Source: the human T2T-CHM13v2.0 reference genome, Homo sapiens. From it: a stretch of 64,000 bases of DNA. Positions 57,734 through 64,000 of the stretch are shown here, in pieces. A program made the translations under genes and the position numbers. Within the stretch, counting starts at the first letter, position 1, and each line of letters begins with the position of its first letter. Under the pieces are notes generated by a model. The model was not told where the DNA came from. It saw only the letters and a list, made by a program, of their open reading frames with translations, and searched no databases. The stretch lies in assembly GCF_009914755.1 (NCBI RefSeq), contig NC_060925.1; one strand, written 5' to 3'.

Positions 57734-57811
57734 AGAATGCCACGATGGTTCACAATACCTACATGTATTGCAGTGATAAAGAGCAGGTTTTGTCATCAAG
57801 GTGTCCAAGTT

Positions 57812-58130
57812 CACCAGGCGTGGTAGCTCGTGCCTGTAATCCCAGATACTCGGGAGTCTGAGGCAAGAGGATGGCTTGAGCCCAGGAGTTCGAGACCAGC
57901 CTAGGCAACATAACTAGACCGTATCTCTACAAAAAATTAAAATATAAAAAATAATTAGCTGGGCGTGGCTTTGTGTGCCTGTAGTCCCAGCTACTTGGAG
58001 GCTGAGATGGGAGCATCACCTGAACCCAGGAGTTCCTGACTGCAGTGAGTTGTGATTGTACCACTGCACTGCACTCCAGCCTGGACACCAGAATGAGACC
58101 TTGTATCTTAAAAAAAAAAAAAAAAAAAAA
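57812..58130 (+). mobile_element. Old Alu (J-age) with atypical left arm, inserted in a MIR (about 57768-57811 and 58131-58320)
   Basis: Dimeric Alu with poly(A); MIR 5' part before and core after. Confidence 0.88.
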
Positions 58131-58708
58131 GCCCCGGTTCAAACTGTAGTTCTGTTGTCTACTAGCAATGTAACCTCCCCATGACTTAATCTCTCTTTAT
58201 GTAAAAATGAGGATAATAACAACAACAATAACAATATATACCTCATTGGGAAAACTAAATTAAAGAATCCATGTAAAGTGCTTCCTGAAATGCCCAGGAC
58301 ATAGTACTCCATAGATATTATAACATTTTAATGGTTGAGAGTAGTCCCTAATCTTTTAACCCTCTTTAACCATAGTTAACATCCAATAATGCAATATTAT
58401 AAATGACGCTATAGATAGCATACTTTCAGGTTTACAATACCCTTCCTTTCAAGAGATGTTATTACTATTTTTTAAAAATTTTCTGCTGAAGTGATCATTG
58501 AAAGATGATATTTGATTGCCATATTTGTTAATACCTCTCAGCTGTTTATTAGCATTCTTACTTCAACTTAACTAAAGGAAATCTATCATGTTTGCCAGAT
58601 TTCTTCTTTATCTAGGCTCCTCATTCTCTACCTCCTTCCCCACCACCAAGCCACCTGTGCACAGGGCGACTTCATGGGAGAGAACCACAGAACACAGCAG
58701 CTGTATAT

Positions 58709-59569
58709 TGAAATGGGAAATGTTCCCTCGTCTCCTCAAAGGGCGGGTGATAGGGGTGTGGCTCGCTTCTTCAGTGCTCCGCTGCTCAAACCTCTAGGGG
58801 AGCATACAGACGGGCAGGCTGTGGGGCTCCGACCCCATGGCAGCGTCTGAGGGTGAATGTTTACAGCTCCTGAGGCCCCAGTGGGCCTATGTTACAGGGT
58901 GCTCTTTTAATTTAGCCGTCTGTATGCAGCTTGTGTTAGTCGGCTCAGTGAGACCCCCTTCCTTATCACAAGGAGAGAGAGATTTCTGTATCCCGGGGTT
59001 TCTTGCCTTGGTTACAGGAAGAATGGGATCACACATGGGCTTAAGGAATGAGTGCAAGGTTTTATTGAGTAGAAGTAGCTTTCAGCAGATAGGGGAGCCA
59101 AAAGGGAGATGGTTTTCCCCTGGAGTCAGACTGCTCGGAGGCCAGGGCTCTCCTCCAACTGCCCCAGCCAAACTCCACTTCCTCCCGGGCGATGGCCTGC
59201 CTGCATGCTGGCGTCTGTCCGTGTGCTCTTGTCAGTGTGCTCCCCTCAACATCCTCTCCATGTTCTCTACAAGTCCAGCCTCTTGTCTTCTTCCGCTAAT
59301 GTGTTCCTTTGTTGTCCAGCAGCTTCTGTCTGTGCCTTGCTAGGATCTCGAGTTTCTATAGGCCTAGGATGGGGGCATGGTGGACCAGAGTGCTCTTGGA
59401 AAGGAAAATACAACATTTGGGCACAAAGGCAGAAGTGCCTGTCCTCACCTAGGTCCGTGGGGGTAGAGCCCTAGCCAGGGACCACGCCCTCCTCTACTCA
59501 ACACTTCCCTTCCCCTCTTCTGTATCATTTAAACGGACGTGTCCTTCCCTTCCCAGCACTCCCTTATCA
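58709..59569 (-). mobile_element. ERV1 solo LTR (LTR28/MER52-like)
   Basis: Minus strand starts TGATAAGGGAGTGCTGGGAAGGGAAG and ends TTTCA; AATAAA on the minus strand at about 59061-59066; no clean TSD seen. Confidence 0.8.
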
Positions 59570-59699
59570 GTAAAACCTGGCCTTCTCTGGTGAATTCATC
59601 TCTCGCTTTCCCTAACACGCAAAAAATTCTAAGACTCAAACGGCTTCTTTTCCCCTCCTTCTTTCAGAAGCCTGAGCTACAAACTCTAACTTTTTTTCT

Positions 59700-61330
59700 C
59701 CAGTCTAAATTTAATTTGCATTTCTTTGACTGCTAATGAAGTGGACGTTTTCCCATATGTTTGTTTACTAGTTGTATTTCCTCTTTTGTGAATTTTCAGT
59801 TCATGTCCTGTGCCTATCACTTTTAATGTGTGTGGGCTTTTTAAAATCACGGAGTTCTTAACACCTTATTAAACGTAGAATGGGATATTCTTTTTGAAAT
59901 AAGCATATTTTATGTTTATAAAGCCAAATTTATTCGCATTTTTATGATTACTTTTTAATCTTTTGCAAATTTATATTTGTCTTCTAACCAAAGATCTAGC
60001 TATTTACTTCTTTTTTGTTGTTGTTTAACAATGGTTTGATTTGTTAAAATTTTATTTTAACATTAATCCATCTGGAACTTATTTTGGAATATAATATGAG
60101 GTGAGGGAATACATGGATTTTTTCCAAATTGCTAACCATTTATCCAATACCATTTTTGACTAAGCCTTCTCCTCTCTATTTTCCTGACTTACAATGACTT
60201 TAACATACATGGAATTTTTACAAATAATAACATCTATTGCTAAGCTATTTATTATTTTCCATTCAGCTGTCTGTTTTTATTCCAAAACCGCAGATTTATG
60301 TATTATAACCTTATAATGTATTTGGTGGTGGTGGTGGTAGTGGTTTCAAATTTACTTTGATAATCTTAACTGTTTATTCTTTTTAAATGAATGGTAGGAA
60401 AAAAAAATTGAAATTTCTCCCAAACTCTTATTTTATTTCAATTACATGAAACACAGAAATACATGTGGAAACTACATGAAATATATAAATAAATAAGGTT
60501 CCATCATCTCATTTACAATTATGTTTTGTTCTCAAACATCTTATGTTATAGACCTCAATAAAATTTTAAATTTTCTTTATATATGTGACTTGGATAGATT
60601 GGAACTATATTTGTAATTTTTCTTTATATATGATTTAGAATTTGTTTTTCAGATTATTCCTTGCTTACCTTTTGTTGGTACTTTGGAATCTCTTCTTTTA
60701 ATTGTATTTCTAGCTTTATATTAAATATAATTATATTGTCAGTCAAATTCATGATATTTTACTTTACAAAACTCTTCAGGGATAACTTTTCCCAAAATTT
60801 ATACCCTATATTTGGTTTCATGTTACATTGGTTGATCAGAAATCCCTAAATAATAGTAAAAATTAGTGAAGATAGTAGGGATCTTAATCTTATTCCTCAT
60901 TTTCATCATTAAATAATGGCTGTTGGTTTAAACTAGAAACTCTTTCCCCTTGTTTAAGAAATAGCCTATAAATTAGCTAGGCATGGTGGCACACCTGTAG
61001 TCCCAGTTACTCAAGGGACAGAGGCGGGAAGGATCACTAGAGCCCAGGAGTTTGAGGATGCAGTCATCTGTGATCCACTGCACTCCAGCCTTGGGGGCAG
61101 AGCAAGATTTTGTCTCAAAGGAAAAAAAAATAGCAAAATAGCCTTCTTTTTCTTTCAGTATTTTCATGAAGAGTGTCTGCAGAAATTTTGTCTCCTACTC
61201 AGTAACTTTTGACATAAACATGTTATTTATGTTCTTCTAATACATTGATTCGCCATTTTTGATGAATAGATTTTATAATATTGCATCATGTTTTCTCTCC
61301 TTAAATTAAACCTTATGTGGTTGTGGTAAA
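59700..61330 (-). mobile_element. Old L1M(E) ORF2 fragments
   Basis: aatttgcatttctttgactgctaatgaagt.., taatccatctggaacttattttgg.., gatagtagggatcttaatcttattcct antisense L1 motifs. Confidence 0.75.
60968..61135 (+). mobile_element. Alu right monomer (FRAM or truncated AluJ), TSD AAATAGCCT
   Basis: Monomer body; TSD 60959-60967 and 61136-61144. Confidence 0.9.
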
Positions 61331-61359
61331 TTATTTTTCATAAGACTCTGAGGATGGAC

Positions 61360-61650
61360 TTATAATCCAAGAATTTAAACATAATAATTGTTGTATCAAA
61401 CATTTCCCTAAAGTCCTGTTCCATAACCCCACTCACCTTCTTTTATCCTATATAAAAACAATTAAGCTTGCCTGGCCTGATTTTTGCTGAAGGAGGTCAT
61501 GCCCTTCGTTGTTTGTGATTCCTTTGTCTAACAGTGGTTTAGTTTTCTCCCTGAATATTTGTTCCAATGTTTCACTAATTATCGACATGAAAGAATCTTG
61601 TAGATATTCTTTCCAAGTGTTGGACTAACTGAACCCTTCTGTGCTTCGAG
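61360..61650 (-). mobile_element. CR1/L3 reverse-transcriptase fossil
   Basis: Minus-strand translation ETLEQIFREKTKPLLDKGITNNEGHDLLQQKSGQASLIVF and QDFREMFDT parallel CR1 RT KIMEQII..HL..SQHGF..KSCQTNLISF and LDFSKAFDT. Confidence 0.7.
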
Positions 61651-63203
61651 GTTCCAAAGAATTTTAAGCATAGCGTGGCATACATTATATAATCATAATT
61701 ATATAGTATTTTTCCAGGGGAGTTAGTCTGTTGTTCACTAACAGTTAGCAATACCTCAGCCCTCACACCAAATCACATCAACATTCATCGCCATAATGCA
61801 GGTTTTGTTCTCTTCTGCCTGATTAAAATTTAAAAATCACCCAGATTGAACATATGAGATTTTTCAGTATTCCATTATTATTGAGACTACTATTGCTATT
61901 TGAGTTTAAAATAATAACAATCTGAATGTCCATTAAGTAAGGACTAACACACAATAGGGGTAGCTGCTGTGAGCTAACTACTTGTTAGGCATATTGTGTG
62001 CCTGGTGACCCAGACATGCCAGAGATAAAAATGAACTATTTTCAATTGCACGCCATTGTGTAGGTTATTTGCTTTTTTAAAAGCAACTTTAACATTTAAT
62101 TTATGACTAAGAGAAAGTTATGAAGCATGGAGGGGTGGGGGAAGCAGAGGCAAATAAAGAACATTAACTAAGAAATGAGTTTGATCAAAGACGAAACTGC
62201 ATTTAAAGACCCTGGTTCCACCGCCTGAGCTGAAAGTCAGCCAAAAATAAATAGTGACAGATGAAGAGAAACTTTGATTGATACAATTGGTCTTATCTTC
62301 AGATCTCAGAATTACTAGGAGTAATAGAAAATATGGAAGATTTTTATTAAGTGTGTAGAGAGACACTCCATCTTGCAAGTCTGATAGTTAAAAAAGTTGA
62401 GTGTTTCCATGAGGATTTCAACTAACATTCGGGAATGTTTCTATTTATCAAAGAAAACTTCCAAGATGCTTCCTGCAAGATCTCCCTAATTGTTTTACTT
62501 GTATGCCTAGCATTTACAATTGTCCATGCGTTCATTCAGACTTGTATGTGTTAAGCACATACAAGTCAGGCACTGCCTTAGTGTTTGGGGATATCCCAGG
62601 GTAGACAAGTTAGCAAGTTTGCACTATTGTTCTCATACACACATCGTGTGCTCTTTCCATACGCTGCTCCAGTGGTCTTTGTTGAGCCGCATTACAGGAA
62701 AGCCTAGATAAAGGAAAAGAACTTTTTCCTCTAACGTTATTCTAAATGGAAAACTCAACTCTTTTCATATTTCTTTTAAACTGATTTTTCCTGTGTATAA
62801 AAGTGATAGACCTGAGCTGGTTCCACTGAAACATCTCACTTAAAATATACAAAATTTGCTTTAAATTAGCACTCACATTGATAGATTGAACAGGTAAAAA
62901 CGGCTTTCATGTTGTAAGTATTCCATAAAGTGGGAGGGAGGAACGGAATGAGGAATAGATAGAGAGAGAAAGAGAATGGTTATTTGAGCCACCACGGGTG
63001 ATTATATATTCCTCTTTACTTAAACAACAACAAAAACTTCTCTAGAAAAGAGTTTGTCAAAAAAGCTCAACTTCTCTGATAATTTTTTAAAATGCAAATT
63101 AAGACAAGTATGCAATAGATACACTCTGCAAAATTTTAAAGGCCTTTATATTACTCAGTCTTGACCAAGTCTTAGGAAAACAAGATCTCTCCTAAACTAC
63201 TAG

Positions 63204-63990
<787 letters not shown>

Positions 63991-64000
63991 GATAGAAAGG

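Noticed and set aside
58837-59343. 168-aa ORF, the longest in the track
   Set aside because: Lies antisense within a GC-rich ERV1 LTR where stop codons are scarce.

Overview
Primate (human-like) non-coding genomic DNA: AT-rich, CpG-depleted, with no CpG island and no recognisable protein-coding exon, tRNA, rRNA or known miRNA. It is most likely intergenic or deep intronic. The window is dominated by interspersed repeats: about 20 Alus (J, S and Y types, many with clear target-site duplications), a Tigger1 5' half, two ERV1 solo LTRs, MaLR (MLT1) LTRs plus internal sequence, an L1PA 3' fragment with a perfect 16-bp TSD, old L1M, L2, MIR, MER5 and CR1/L3 fragments, and simple repeats. The ORF track is explained by repeats or chance. 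The most unusual feature is a ~124-bp, ~88%-identical inverted repeat of apparently non-repeat sequence (39908-40030 vs 41462-41585). One arm interrupts an L2 element, and the pair could form a long RNA duplex around a 1.4-kb loop. Other points of interest are ancient LINE reverse-transcriptase fossils readable only at protein level, dense TF-motif clusters (about 5.1 kb, 49.2-50.8 kb and 62.2 kb), splice-site patterns suggesting lncRNA exons on both strands, and several recent tandem or inverted micro-duplications. I could not identify the locus. Repeat subfamily names come from memory of consensus sequences and need RepeatMasker/Dfam confirmation. I see no convincing evidence of a new biological system.
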